Positions 47,482-61,802 of a stretch of 64,000 bases of DNA are shown here, piece after piece. The number at the start of each line of letters is the position of its first letter. Within the stretch, counting starts at the first letter, position 1. The DNA is from Mytilus edulis. Taxonomy: Eukaryota. Below the pieces are notes generated by a model, which saw nothing but the letters and a program-made list of their open reading frames with translations, did not search any database and had not been told where the DNA came from. A program made the translations under genes and the position numbers. The stretch covers positions 40,486,001 to 40,550,000 of the forward strand of contig NC_092350.1 in the NCBI RefSeq assembly GCF_963676685.1, given 5' to 3'.

Positions 47482-48681
47482 TCACAGATTATAACTATGA
47501 CTCTTTTTAAAACAAATAATTTTCTTAAAGATATATCTATAGCCATCCCTAAATCTTCTGTCAATAAATGCATATATGATAGGGTTCACTACATTGTTTA
47601 TGGCGAATGACCTGGATACTATTGGCAACACAGCAGACACAACAGGACCTGGTGCAAACAGGAATTTACCTTTCAAGGCCGTCAATAAAGATATCGTCAA
47701 ATGCGGCAGGTAGCTCAAAATGAAGGCGAGACTGACTGCAAATGCGATTTTAGTTAGTTTCTTCGATGCCATGTCTTCTTTTGTTGATTTTTTTCTATCT
47801 TTGATGGTTGACTTTTTCTTGTTCAATAGTTTCTTTTCACTGTGTTCCTTTTTGTCCTTTTTGTCCTCGAAAACCTCATTTTCGTATTGCTGAGAAGTAT
47901 TTACATGGTGTTGCTCATTGGAAAGTGTTGTATCAGACGTTGACTTAGACGATGACACATTAGAGAATTTCCGCCTAAACTGGATGTGTACGCAAAGTTT
48001 TCGTCCAATTAACGAGTATATAACAATCAACGATACCATACAGATAATGAAAATTAGAAACAATGTTCCACCGTACACAGTTGGGTATATTGTTTTTGCA
48101 AATTGATCCGAAAGCGAGCAATCAAATCCTGTGATATTGAGTTGTCCGAGTTTTACATGTCTTATTCCACTGATAAAGAAGTTCGGCCACGAGAACATGA
48201 ATGATAAACAGACACTAAAAAAGATGATTACCGTAGCATGGTGAGAAGTCATTTGAAGTTTTAATGGCGTAAACACACGTCGGTATCGGTCGCCTGATAG
48301 TCCCATTAAAATGAAGATCGACGACAGTGCAAAAAGGTTGTTACAGGCGCGAAAAAATTTACATGCCCACATGTTGTAAAACGTATATTGAAATCGCATC
48401 TCCGTTATCTCAAAAGGCAGAGTTACAGCACAGACAAATAAATCTGAAAGTGCCAGACCAATGATAAATGTACGATGAGTACTCTTCTGAAATCTAATAG
48501 GATAAACAATTAGAACCAAAACATTGCCTGGTATTCCAATTAACATTAGAAGTACGAGATAGATCATTGGTGCCAGTCGTCGTAAAGCTTCTTCATCATT
48601 GTAATCCTGTAAAGTTTTGTTTAAGTCGAGATCTATTATGTTGGTTACATTAAAATGTGGGATTGCTGTTGAATTATCCAT
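47482..48681 (-). CDS. Class A (rhodopsin-like) GPCR, peptide-receptor-like orphan, intronless CDS (399 aa)
   Basis: Seven hydrophobic segments; GN (TM1), LALSD (TM2), DRY, SYLP (TM6), NPIIY (TM7); N-glycosylation sequons in the N-terminus. ATG of MDNST at 48681. Confidence 0.93.
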   Translation of the reverse strand: MDNSTAIPHFNVTNIIDLDLNKTLQDYNDEEALRRLAPMIYLVLLMLIGIPGNVLVLIVYPIRFQKSTHRTFIIGLALSDLFVCAVTLPFEITEMRFQYTFYNMWACKFFRACNNLFALSSIFILMGLSGDRYRRVFTPLKLQMTSHHATVIIFFSVCLSFMFSWPNFFISGIRHVKLGQLNITGFDCSLSDQFAKTIYPTVYGGTLFLIFIICMVSLIVIYSLIGRKLCVHIQFRRKFSNVSSSKSTSDTTLSNEQHHVNTSQQYENEVFEDKKDKKEHSEKKLLNKKKSTIKDRKKSTKEDMASKKLTKIAFAVSLAFILSYLPHLTISLLTALKGKFLFAPGPVVSAVLPIVSRSFAINNVVNPIIYAFIDRRFRDGYRYIFKKIICFKKSHSYNL

Positions 48682-49127
48682 GATTTGTGAATACAACTGT
48701 ACTGTATATACACATGAAATAATATGTCCAAACTGTCACTTAGAATTTTCTTTTCTTGGATATTTCTTTCTTTTAAGACCACGTTTTAATGTCAAAAAAT
48801 GTAAATATCTATGAATGGACATACACAAGACTAAGTTAGTATTATCAATTTATGGCGCATTGTCAAACTTAAAGGCGGATGACAACAATTAAAACAATCC
48901 CAAGTGGAAGGATGATAGTTAGAATTAGTAAATTTTCCGATGAGGAAGTCACTTGTTATATGTACGCATTTGCCATAGTTTGATTATAAAATAAAGGAAA
49001 TAAATTAAAATTGAATTATCTAGTGTATTTACTGTAGATATTAAAACAATTGAATGAAATTGGCTTTCCAAAAACACAAGAGTGGAATGTGGCAAATAAT
49101 ACAAAAAGTTTTTATAGAAATATAATG

Positions 49128-49356
49128 AACAAGAATGTGTCCCAAGAACACGGATGCCCCACTCGCACCATCATTTTCTATGTTCAGTGGATCGTGAAAT
49201 TGAGGTCAAAACTTTAATTTGGAATTAAAATTCTTCAAAAACTACCTTGACTAAAAACTTTAACCTGAAGCGAACGGACGCACAGACGGACGGACGAACG
49301 GAGGCACAGACCAGAAAACATAATGCCCCTCTACTATCGTAGGTGGGGCATAAAAA
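49128..49356 (+). mobile_element. HINE/DINE-1-like element (internally deleted copy)
   Basis: Same termini, microsatellite and stem-loop as 40165-40485. Confidence 0.75.
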
Positions 49357-50019
49357 CGTCGTTGTATATATATATATATCATTTTTGAAACTCAAAATAA
49401 AATCTATAACCTTGTTTGTTGTGGAAACATTAAGTTGTCATTTTGTTGTTGCTTGATCATTGGCATACACATCTCTCTTTTATCAATCCACTCATGAAAC
49501 AGTGATATTTGGTCAACAATCCATGAAAATTGGGTCCAGTTTGGGTGCATAGGAACATAAGTGTTCAGACAGGATAGTGAATGTTTCTATGATTTGTACG
49601 AACACTTTTTATCCAGCAATATAAATAGCTGATAATGATCTCTTTCTTACACAACAGCGTACACGCTGAAATGTCTTGCCTGTCTTACTGACTATCGAGT
49701 TTATGTTGAAAGTCTTAAAGATCAAGGTTAAAAGACAAGTATCACATAATCTAAAATATTAAAGAGATTCTTTACAATGAGGTCAAGATCAGATAAATCC
49801 TGTCAGACAAACATGCACTGCTTACAATTTTCCCTTACATCAAATTTATATGACATATAATTTACATGTATCACAATAGAAAAAAAGAAGACCAAAACAC
49901 AAAAGCTAAACATTGACCACTGAAACATGAAAATGAGATCAAGATGAGATAATACCTTACAATTATTAAACACATAAAATTTAGCTGACATATTGCTATA
50001 ATTATTTGAAAAACGGACC

Positions 50020-50620
50020 AAAACAGAAATATAGTTAACCTGCTGCTTTTAAAGTATCGGAAAAACGGAGCAGCCATATTTAGGAGTTCAGACAAAAATT
50101 ACACTGGATAACACCAATAACATCTATAACATTTTCGTGGTGGTCATTTAGACCATAGACATTCCTTTAGGAACCAACTGTGCCGTTCATATGTGTCAAC
50201 ACGTTTTACTTCACTCCGTTATTTAGATGTTGTCCTTTCACTTAATAATTCAAATAGGTGACTATGTTGACTGCATCTATACTACGTGATAATTATAACA
50301 GTTTCAACTAAGTTCGCTTAATAACTTGACCTATATCTAGTAATTTATAATGAATATTAGTTGTGAATCAACTTTTAAATTATCCCAATGTGAACTTTTC
50401 CTTTCATAACAGCAACATTTCAGCAGCAACTGCATATGCCATGTGGAGAACAGGTTATTCCCGAACTTGTGATTCCTATAATAATTTCCTTGATAGAGGG
50501 TTACTACTTACAAGAAAGCTATTAAAGTTCAAAAATTTTAAAGTCAAAGTTATTCTCATGAAAATTTACATCACCAAGATTTTGGTGGCTATTTCGAAAC
50601 ATGTGTGTCACAGATTACCA
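50020..50620 (+). mobile_element. Decayed Penelope-like reverse transcriptase
   Basis: IPLGTNCA, RYLDVVLSLNNS, SNISAATAYA, YSRTC..FLDRGLLLTRKLL in broken frames. Confidence 0.65.
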
Positions 50621-53600
50621 TAGAAGTTTTTATCTTATTGTCACCTGCCTGTTTTTCTATTACAGAATGAAATGTATAACCATATAAGACAAGAAAAATT
50701 CACTCCAGTATAAAACGTTTATTATAAGACTTATCTTCCCTCAAATGGTCAAGTTGAAAAATTAATTCTAAAAATCCAAACATTTGGTATTTGTTTAAAC
50801 ATTGTGGTGTATGGTAGAAATAGTTGTTTGTGTACCAATCTATAGGTTTACACATAAAATGCAAATATGTCTCAAATTTTGCAGATTTAGGCAAAGATAA
50901 AACCAATTATGTACTGCTATTGTACAATCCAATATGGTAGTATACAGTGGATCTACCTAAAGGAAGCTGGAAAGAAACACAACCTCTGAGAAAAAAAAAC
51001 TGTCAATCCTAGTCAATTTAGATCGGTTTCAAGCACAACTACCACAAACAAGGTATGAACTCACAATGTCAGATTGACAGACAACTGAAAATGAACTACT
51101 ATGACCACTAAACATCTAAGGTCTCAATTATTCTTGAAAAAAGACAACAGTCAATAATTCTAAGCATAAACTAAACAAATTGACAACAATAATTTATTTT
51201 TATTTTTACTGTGATGAAAATGCATACAAAGCATGTTTGTAATTTCTAAATGAGATCAATATCTTGTATTTAATATTATTGTGATAGCACACATTCCCTA
51301 ATGTGTTCAAAATCATATTATGCAGTAAAATGACTTCTAATAAATAACAACTCATTTATAATGCTTATATGGATAAATTTATATTGCTGTATACACACAC
51401 ATATTCTGTTCCTAGATACACATGAGAATGTCAACCCTGGAAAAAAAACTTTTTTTTGAAACAGGAATAGAAATAGAAATAGAAAATATGGGACAAAATT
51501 GTCAAATTTCATAGCAATGATAAATTTTGATCGTTAACACATACAATTATATTTATAGAACCTTTGATAATGTCGACCCTTTCATGATTGAACATTTTTT
51601 AGATATCAAACATGAAATACAACTATATGCAAATTTTCATGAAAAACATAAAAAGTTCAGCCTTCCATTTTTAGATATCGATGCAGGTCTTAGGTAAAGA
51701 AAATGAACTAAAAACAAGACTTAAAAATCTGGAGTACACATTCTATTGCATAAATAGTATATATATTATCTCAAACCTTGAATAAATTTACATCAACTTT
51801 CTTGTAAGTGGTTGTTAATTTAGTAAAAACATGGCATTTGATGTGTTGAGAACCGTGAGAAAGCCTTCATGAATGAGGCTCTATTAGGAAGACATTTACG
51901 TAGCAGATAATGTTTATAAATTGCTTCTCTGGCATACAACTAATAATAGGTTGTCTCATACATGTATGGATTTAGAAACAACATAAATTGCAGCAATTTA
52001 AATAATAGTTCATCTTATTCAGTACTGGTGAAACAAACAAACAAACAAACAAAATTGTAAAACCTATCTCAATCAAATTAGGAGACTGGATAAAAATAAC
52101 TATCGGCTACATAAAACAAAACAAAATAAATTGTTTGGTGCTGGTTTTTTGGGGTAAAAAAAGAAATAAATTTCATGTTTAACACTTTTTTTCTTAATAA
52201 TTTTTACTCTTTTACTATTTATGTAAATTTCTTTAAAACAAACTTTCAAAAATAATGCTATGTGTAAGTTATCACATAACTTGATATGAATTAGTTTATT
52301 TCAAAATTCTACAAAATTATACAACAGATCTACGTGCAAAATATTTACAATTCCAATTTGGAATAGTGAGTATTCTTATCAATCATTCATAAAGCCTTTA
52401 GAATTACATCAGAATGAAACATTAACAATGTAAAGTGTTATAACTTATAAGCAAATGCTATGTGATTTCACTTATATTCTGGGTTGTTTTTCTTTTTAAA
52501 TGTTCACCAATAAATTTTTCTAGATACATGTTTCTAAGAAAATTTCAACATAAGAAGCTATTTCAAAATTTTAAAACCATTTTCTTCTATTATGAATATA
52601 TAATTTTGAAATTATTTATTTAAAAAAATGATTCATTTGAATTATAAAAAGTTGTAATGCTACTTATAAATTTGTACTAAAAATCTCATCCTTACTCTCA
52701 TCTGCAAAAAATCTTTTAATTTAAAAAAAATTATACACGATATATTATTGTCAATCCTGGTACAATGTCTGAATAACATGAAAACTTGAATGCAGCACAT
52801 ATAATAAATAACATTTTGACAAAAAAAATATATATTTTAAATCAAGTTAACTAAATTTTAGATATATCTCATTAAGGAAACTTTAAGACTACATGGTAGA
52901 GAGGGGACAGAAAATACTGAGTGGTCTAAATGAACCAATCAAATGGTTGATTAGTGTTCTGTATGACCACTTAAATGGTTGACTCAATTTCTTTGTAGAA
53001 ACCTTGAAATTGCTTCCTTATTTCAAGAATCACTTAACAATATAAGCACCAAAATAAAATAACTAAGTAATAATTGAGATCACAGATTTAGTACCCTTTA
53101 AAACAATAAAATAAAATGCTTAACATACTTGTGTAGTATTCTGTTTAAAACTATCATCTCTTTGAAGATTAAAAATATATCATTTGTAAAATTGGAATGA
53201 ATGCTAAAAATTAACATTGTATTTGGAATGTAATTACCTGTTAAATGACACACATTACCCATACATCCAATTAAAACAAAACAAACACACTGTGTAATAC
53301 TGATATCTCAAGGAAAATGCTGTGTGAAATCTACCTAATTTGCATTTGATTTGAAAAAAATATCTTTCATTTTAGGCACAAACTATATTTCATTTGCACC
53401 AAAATAAAAATTTGCAATTGTGTCAATAATAATTGAAATATGTCTGCATTCTATATATTCAGAAAGATGTAGGTTAAACATTATATTAAATTAATATATA
53501 TTTTCAAGTCAATCCTCATATTTTGCTGCACAAAAATTCAATTTTCATACAAAACAATACAGTATCCTTGTAAACAACTTTTCCACAGCGAAACAATATA

Positions 53601-53697
53601 CAATTGGCAAACTTGGATTTTGCATTGATTACCTATATGGGAATATCACTTTATATATTTACAGACTATCATACTGCATCATATTTTTAGATATGTA

Positions 53698-53872
53698 CAA
53701 TGCAACCTGCCTAATGACACACTGGGGAACCAGATAAAATGTCGGATTAAGCAGGGTGTCGGAATACTAAGGTTTTTTTCTTCAAGGATAGGCATATTTT
53801 GGAACCATGAAAATGTGTCAGTTAAAGCAGGATGTTGGAATACTCAGGTGTCGGATTAGGCAGGTTGCACTG
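53698..53872. mobile_element. Tc1/mariner(pogo)-type MITE
   Basis: TA|caatgcaacctgcctaat ... attaggcaggttgcactg|TA. Confidence 0.75.
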
Positions 53873-54833
53873 TACTTTAATTACACAGATCTTCAGAAAC
53901 AATAGTAAAAAGTTGTATACATTGCCATGCTTATAGGATGCCTCCCTTATTTATTCAAAGTATCAGAAAACATAAAACAGATGTCAGACAGATCCAAAAA
54001 GCTCTGACAAGTTACAATGCATTACTGTCAAAGTGCTGACCACACATGAAGTCATTCTGTGCAGTGGTTTCAGAGAAAAATGATAGGAAAATATTCATTC
54101 AAACTCAATATATAGGCATTCTAGCTTAAATTGCTTAAGTTCAAAAACAAATAGCAAAAAGGTTTATTCATTAGTTATCTGCATCAAATGCAAAATGACT
54201 TCATATCTTTATTGCTCTTCCATTACCCAAATTTTGAATAATTTTAAGATGCATCCACTTTACATTTTTGTTTCATTTTTTTTTAGTTAGATGCAGATCT
54301 AGAAAAGTGGAAAACAACCATAGTGACAAACATATACAGTTTAACCTTTTTAGGTCAGAGTTATGGCACTTTGTCTGATTGCATTGTTCACACATTGTGG
54401 TAAATATAATGGAATTTTATGCGACTGTCATACAAGAGAGAGGTTTAGCTTACTAATAAACTATGTTTAATATATCATTTTCTACAAAAAGAAATGCTTT
54501 TTACCAAGTCAGGAATATGACAGTTGTTTTCCATTTTTTTAATGTATTTGTGCTTTCGATTTGCCATTTGTTGAGGGAAGGCAATTCAAAATTGCATATC
54601 CATCATAAGAAGCAATGCATTTTTACTGTACAAAAATAGTGTTCGACACCGGCCTATACTTGTGATTTGAAAATAACTTCCCTGGGTCCATGTACCTTCT
54701 AATGATACAAGCCTCACAGTGTATGCACAATCATATTACCAATAAAGCCAAATATAGAAGTTAATGGAACAAAAAAATACCTACATAAAATTTATCTATA
54801 TTTTTGAAAGATACATGATTAAACAACCATTAA

Positions 54834-55120
54834 GGCAGCAACCATTTGATTTTCTGGGGGGGGCTATGGTTTTTTTTTCTGGACAAATTATTTTTTTCGC
54901 CTTCGGCGAAAAACAATCTATTTTGTTCACAACAAGTCGAAAGCAATTTTTTTCTTTCAATTTTAGCATTACATATAGTGGCAGCTGAGAGTGAAACAAA
55001 CAATTTTTTTTTCTCAGAATCAAAAACAAATTATTTTTTTCTCCAAAAACTGGAAACAAACTTTTTTTTCTAAAAAAAACCATAGCCCCCCCCCCCCCAG
55101 AAAATCAAATGGTTGCTGCC
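54834..55120. mobile_element. PIF/Harbinger-type MITE
   Basis: TIR ggcagcaaccatttgattttctggggggg..ctatgg; TAA on both flanks. Confidence 0.8.
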
Positions 55121-56399
55121 TAATACATTTTATTTTAATATTTGGTTTATTTTCTTTACAACCTTAAGTAAGAATTTGTGGTAATGTTACTCAAAATACA
55201 ATGTTACCATATAATATCTATACGAAAGTCTAGTTACATATATGTTTTAATAATGCCAAATACGAGTTCAAAATAAATAAATAATGAATGCCACATCTTT
55301 ATGAAAGACTAGCTAATATTGTGTATGTTATATGTGACAAAATGTAAAGTATCAATTGTATTATAAACATTATTTAAAACACTTTTTATTCCAAAAATAC
55401 TGGACTATAATCAGACACTAAATAGTTATGGTGTTAAATATATAGCTACAGAATAAGCTGAAATTTGATTAAGATTAAAAGTAAATACGTGAACATTTTG
55501 TCAGCAAAAACTTAAAATGAAAACAGTATTAATCTTCCATTTTCTTTTTGTTTTGTTTGATTCAAAATAGTTAAATTAAAAAAAAAGATAACACAAATAT
55601 TTTAACCACAACTAGTATATCAAATGTAAAACAAACTTGCTAAGAAAATAAAATGTCTGGAATAGATAATTCAGAATTTCAATACTTCTTATCGAAAAAA
55701 TGTAGTAAAAAGAAGTGATGATAATTGACATAACTAACAGACAAAATGGCACATACTTAAATTTTCTTTCAATTCTTTACTTTAAAAATCTTTAATCATA
55801 AGAGATCTATGAAAGTTAATTATTTAGCATAATGATTTCTTTCAATTGAACATAATTAAATATAAAAAAAACATTATCAATTTGGAAATTGACAGTCGAA
55901 AGCTTACAGTGTTCATATAATTACTTTTCATCTTGTTTGAAATCATTTTCAATGTTTGGTACTGGCATACAAAATAAATATAAAATGTAAAGATGAAATT
56001 GCACCTTTTAGTGAGAGAGCACAACCTGATAAATGGGATGACTTAAAATATAATGCAACAATCTATGACTCAACAGTATCCCCTTAAATCACAATGAGAA
56101 TAGCTTTTCATGCATTATTATACAAACATCTCTGGATATATCACAATTTTACATATTTTCAATGCTTTTCTATGTGTTGGAAAGATGCCTGAAACTACAG
56201 CACATTGGAAGATTTCCTTGTGGAACCTAATAAATAGTATAATATTGATTATTTCTAAGAATGACATTTGTTGAGCTCCATAATGCATTTGAGCTTGAAT
56301 TAGGTCACTGTAGCCTGTATAACTGCTTCCAGATCCAAGTAAATGCTTCAGTAAAGCCAATGATCACATGATTGTCAATAGTATCAATAACAATGACCT

Positions 56400-59300
56400 T
56401 CATACAATTGTCCCTGGCCATGAAACAACTGTCAAGGTCACAGCACCATCAGCCATCTTGAGTAGTTCTACAGCTTTTGAATGTGTAACATTATGTAAAC
56501 TATGTTCATTAACGCTAAGCAAAATATCACCACATCTGAAAAATAAAAACAGATACTAATAATTATACCAGGAATCGAGCTGTTTACCGGAAGAGCTATG
56601 TTTGTATCTTAATTTGACATACTGTTTTGGGTATGTTAAAAAAACTTTTATGCTAATTGCTTATGTGTACAACTTATTGTTCAAGTATATTTACTATCAA
56701 TACATTATTACAATGATCAGATGAAATTGTATAAAACATTCTTGACATATAACTTATAACATCTGGGAAATGGACTAAACCACTAACAGGGGAACACTGC
56801 CTGACAGACATGTACACCTTACAACCCTTGCATGCATTTTGTCAAATAATCAAATTTCATACCGATAGAATATCACAAAAAATTCTAGTTTGGATTTTTT
56901 TACATTTGTGGTTTAGGGGCAGTTTATAACTAACTACGTGGTAAAGGCTTTGCTCATTGTTGAAGGCTGTACAGTGACCTACAGCTGTTAATTACTGTGT
57001 CATTTGGTTGTATTATTGGCAATTCATACAACATCTTCTTTTTTTATATTAAGTTAAATTACACATCAGTACCATCACATGTGTTTAAATTTTCAATTTA
57101 AACAGATTTATTTTATAAATATTGGAATGCAATTTATAAAACTATATTTAACAGAATAAATGCACACACACTGTAAGCAAATACACATGTTTTTGTAACA
57201 TTTATAAAACTATCTTTATCAGAATAAATGCACACACATTCAAGCACATACACATATGTTTTTGTAACAACTTACTTCAAACGCCCATCTTTATAAGCGG
57301 GTGTATCGAGCACAACTGACTTAACATAAACAGGAAGTGTATAAGAAGTTACAATTTCACTGTCACATCCTCCAACTACAGAAAATCCTAGACTACCACT
57401 CGGACTACGTAACAATGTTACAGTCTTAATGTTCTGACAGTTTCTGAAATAATAACAAATGTAAATACTGTTATATTCTATCATTTATTTTTATTACCAC
57501 AGAGGTATCAATTTTTTTAGATTTTACAGTTCATTAGAACCCTGAAATCAATTTGAAAACAGCATTTTATCTTAATCATACTAATTATTAAATTTGCAAC
57601 TATAAATATTACAGTTTTTTTTCTTCTTATTAACAATGCAAAAAGTTAGCAATGGCTGAATATGTCAAGCTATTACAAGATGCAGGATTTATAAAATTGT
57701 GGTAGTCATATTAAAGAAATGTATCGCAAAAGTTTATAGTTCATTTAATTCTTTTAAAGATCTTACCTTGGCATTTGCTGCCAGAATAACCATGTTGGCG
57801 TGAAGTTTCCAGGGCCATTTGATGTCTCTGGACCTTCAATTATTTTAATAGAAACTACCTTGGACTCTGCATTGGCCTTGACCTGGGTCACAGCCTCATT
57901 GTGAGTCAAGGCTAATAAACTAACTCCATTTATAGACAGAAGTATGTCTCCCTTCTGAAAATAAAGAAAATTAATGAAATATCATTTTTAATACATAGCT
58001 ACATTTTAAGTTGCTAAATATCTCATTTTAATTATACCTTATGGTCAATTTTATCACATATCTTTATCTATAATATCTGTAGAGCTTGAATGATTTGGCC
58101 AATCTTTAAAGTTCCCTTAATTATGGTTTTACATCTCTCTGCTGAAAATTCTATTATACCCTTTTTAACTTGTGGGACTATAATTATGTTCCTTTAAGCA
58201 CATCCTGGGTTATTATTCTACAAAAATGTTAGGTTGCAGGTTGCATCAACCTAGCTGTTTATAAGTCTATTACCACTTATTGCGATATTACATTTAGTAA
58301 ATTTGATTATCTCCCCTTCAGATGCAAGGATAGATGTATATATCCTAAAGTAGTGTTCTACAACTGTGTATAATCATTATCCATGAGTGTTTCAGTAGGA
58401 GTAAAAGTTCTTAACAGAGTTTATTCCCATAATTTGCAACTTTGAAGTAGGTAATTTCAATTATCTCCCCTTATATATGTTGAACTGGAATTATATTTAT
58501 ATGTGCACATCCTCTGTATGTATTTCATCAATGTCGTTCTAGCCATTAAGGAGTTACACTAACAAGGGACATGGAAAATTAGTCATTGATAGAACCATTC
58601 ATACTCCAAATTTTATTTGGATGTGTATAAAAAGGCTTCATATTTGTAACGTAAACATAGATAACTATCATTTTATGGCTGGTAAATCATTAAGCTAGTT
58701 ACAAGTGCTACCTACCTTGACCTGTTTAGATCTGCCCATACAACCATTTGGATTTATATTTGTTACATATATAGGTGTATCACCTCTGGGACTACTTAAC
58801 CCTCCCGCTACACTTATACCTAGAGTTTCTGTAGGATCCTGCAAGGCAAATCAAATACATTATTGATAGGATTGCACCTGACCCTAGCCAGAATGCCAAA
58901 AGATGTTGTCCTTGGTTATATATAAATATTGTTGTGTCTTTATACAATTTAGTGTTCATGAATGTTCTCTTTAATAATTTCTGTTTAGTTTATCAATATC
59001 TTTTCCACTCTTGGCTATTGTTCAGGGCTGCATGTTGACCTGTAGATGTTTTTTGCCCTTTTTGAAGCCTTGGGTTGCTGTCTCTTTGAAGTTTACCTTA
59101 CATCTCTTTTTATTTTTATTTTTAAAAACTTTTTAACTGTAAAATTATTAAATTATTAAATAAAATTCTGATCATTCGACAGTCTAAGCTCAAGTTCCTA
59201 TTAGAAAATTTATCAAAGAACCAACAAATTGAGTTAAATCATTAATGTGGTTGTTCCATGCAAGAAGTGATGTTGCCCTTATCCAACACATATTATGATC

Positions 59301-61802
59301 AAAGTCTTTTTCATTCTTGAAACTTTATATCCTTAGCTGAAACGCTGCATATTAATATATTTATGTGTAAAGCCAATGTTCCAACACACAAGGCTATCAT
59401 AAAATCATTAAATAAGAAACTTATATAAACAATAAATGTTCTTTCACAATAATAATTAATCCTTTTTATTTGTCAATTGATTTTTCATATCATTAACTTT
59501 GGACTCTTAGAGTATATAGCTATTGACAGATTAACTTCTCTACTGAAAGACATTCTACATTCTGGAGTTCTGTCAAGTAAGAGCAACTTAAAGAAATAGA
59601 ATTAAGTTTACAATCAGCGTAATTTGGGGAAAAAATAACTGTTTTATGTCTTCTTTTAAGCAACAACATCATAAGAGAAAAGTTGGATGACATCCCCCCC
59701 TCCAAATTGAACAGAGGTGTGATACATACCTGCCAAATGTCAATATTTGTTGGTGATTTCCCCCATGGAGGCTCCCAAATTGAAATTTTGAAAGAACAAT
59801 ATGTCCACAATTTTAAACAAAAAAGTTAATTGTAAAATGACATGAGGCTTATAAAAGTATGAAGAAGCCAAAAAACAACATTTAAATGTATTTGAAGGCC
59901 CCCTTGAAGGCTTTTTAGAACTATGACAGCCATCTTGCACGCAAAACCCCCATGGGCATTTTGAAAAGTTGGCAGGTATGGACTGATATACTCCAACATT
60001 TCAAACCACTGACCTTTGTGACAGTAACAAGTTTTTCTCTACACATATGACACTGTAAGAACTTTTCTGGTCTAAATTCAGAATTAGCCGTACTAGCAGA
60101 ACTTTCACATGAGGTAGAACGTATCAGATCTGGCGTCTGTGGACGACTCCGTCTTGATATCACAAATTGCACTTTATCTTCACATATCTACAATAAATAC
60201 ATAGAATACAGTCCTGTTTACATTCTGTTATTTCACTACCCTGATGTCATACAACAATAAGTGATGTCAATGAAATTGCTTCAAAATGAGGCGAAAATTT
60301 GCAGGAAAAGACCTAGTATGTTGCATTTTCTATTTACTTTAATGTAATAAAAGGAACAAATCCTAGAATTTAAGTATAAAAAAATAAATGCAAATAATAA
60401 TCAAATATCAAGGATATTTGCATGAATGTCCTTCACACATTTGTGGATTGATGTGTTGGTAAGTCATTATTTCGATATTTTTAAAATAACTAATCCCAAA
60501 ACTCGATCATCATACAACATCCAATAAGTGACCAAACAAAACATTAATTCACAAATGGTCTAGTGTATGAGTGAATAATAATAAGTGGTTAGTCAAGAGA
60601 TTGGTCATAAACTTCTTCCTTTTCACTACATATTTCAATTATAATTTTTATTTTTTTCTACCTCAAAAATGATTAGAGAACAGTGTAGAAATATCCCCGC
60701 CTTGCACATATTCTAACTATACAAGGAATAAGGGTAATAACTAAAACATCCACTTTTTGTTGTTCTTTCAAACCTTTTATAAATAGCTTAGAAAAGTGAT
60801 GGGCTTTAGAGCAAATGCATGCAATTACCAATATAATCAATATTTTCAAGTAACATTACTCAAAACAAATATACAAACATGTTCAAGACAAGCTGATATA
60901 AACATATGATATAAATATCATAAAAATCTGTCAAGAAATGTACATGTGAGAGCACTAACGATGCAATATTTAACATAAATAATACTACCATGGGGCATAA
61001 CTCTTTAAAGAAATAATCAATCAGTACTGATTATTCGAACAAGTCCAAGATATTGTAAATGTGAGAGCGCTCTCAAGACTGAATGGACAGAGGGGCACCC
61101 AGCATTTCTACGTCCCCAACAAGGCATTGTGTAGGGGATAAAATCTAACCTGTATGACTTGAGCAGCTTCTTCCTGAGAACCATACGACACATCTTTACC
61201 GTTAATCTCTAACACTCTATCGTCTGGTGTTAACCGACCATCTTGTGCTGCTAAACTATCTGGGACCTAGAAATATATCAGTATATATTATTAAAATAAA
61301 CTAAAGTAAGAAGATATAAAGGCTCAGATAAATCACAAATTAAATAGAAATGTCTGAAAGTCTTAAATGATCATTTATATTAACCAAATATCTTTGTTCT
61401 ATGAATGAATATTTTCTTTGAACGCTTGTCATATAAAAGATATCCTAGTTGTTTTGACTTCACAGCAACATATACACTTCATTTGTATAATCTAGGTTAT
61501 TCGAAATGTTTTATTGTCTACTTTTTAACTATCTATATTTTATATATTCAGGTATTTAGTATGGAGTTCATTAACACTGAACTAGTACACAAATTTGTTA
61601 AGGGGCCAGCTGTATAACGCCTCCAGCTGCAAGATTCACTTGGTGTATTGACCATGCATTAGTGGTCTTTGGCTGTTTTCGGCTCTTTGGTCGGATTGAT
61701 GTCTCTTTGACACATTCCCCATTTCCATTAACAATTTTATTTATACAAAAACTTAGTTAACCATTACTTACTAGATTAAGAATATAAACTCCTGTACCAT
61801 TC
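56400..61802 (-). CDS. LNX: LNX (ligand of Numb X)-like multi-PDZ E3 ligase, last seven coding exons; 5' part lies outside the window
   Basis: Exons 61802-61772, 61266-61150, 60187-60014, 58838-58716, 57954-57767, 57443-57276, 56535-56400, all GT-AG and phase-consistent. PDZ motifs [49 protein letters not shown]; C-terminus VVSWPGTIV* as in LNX1/2. Confidence 0.88.
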
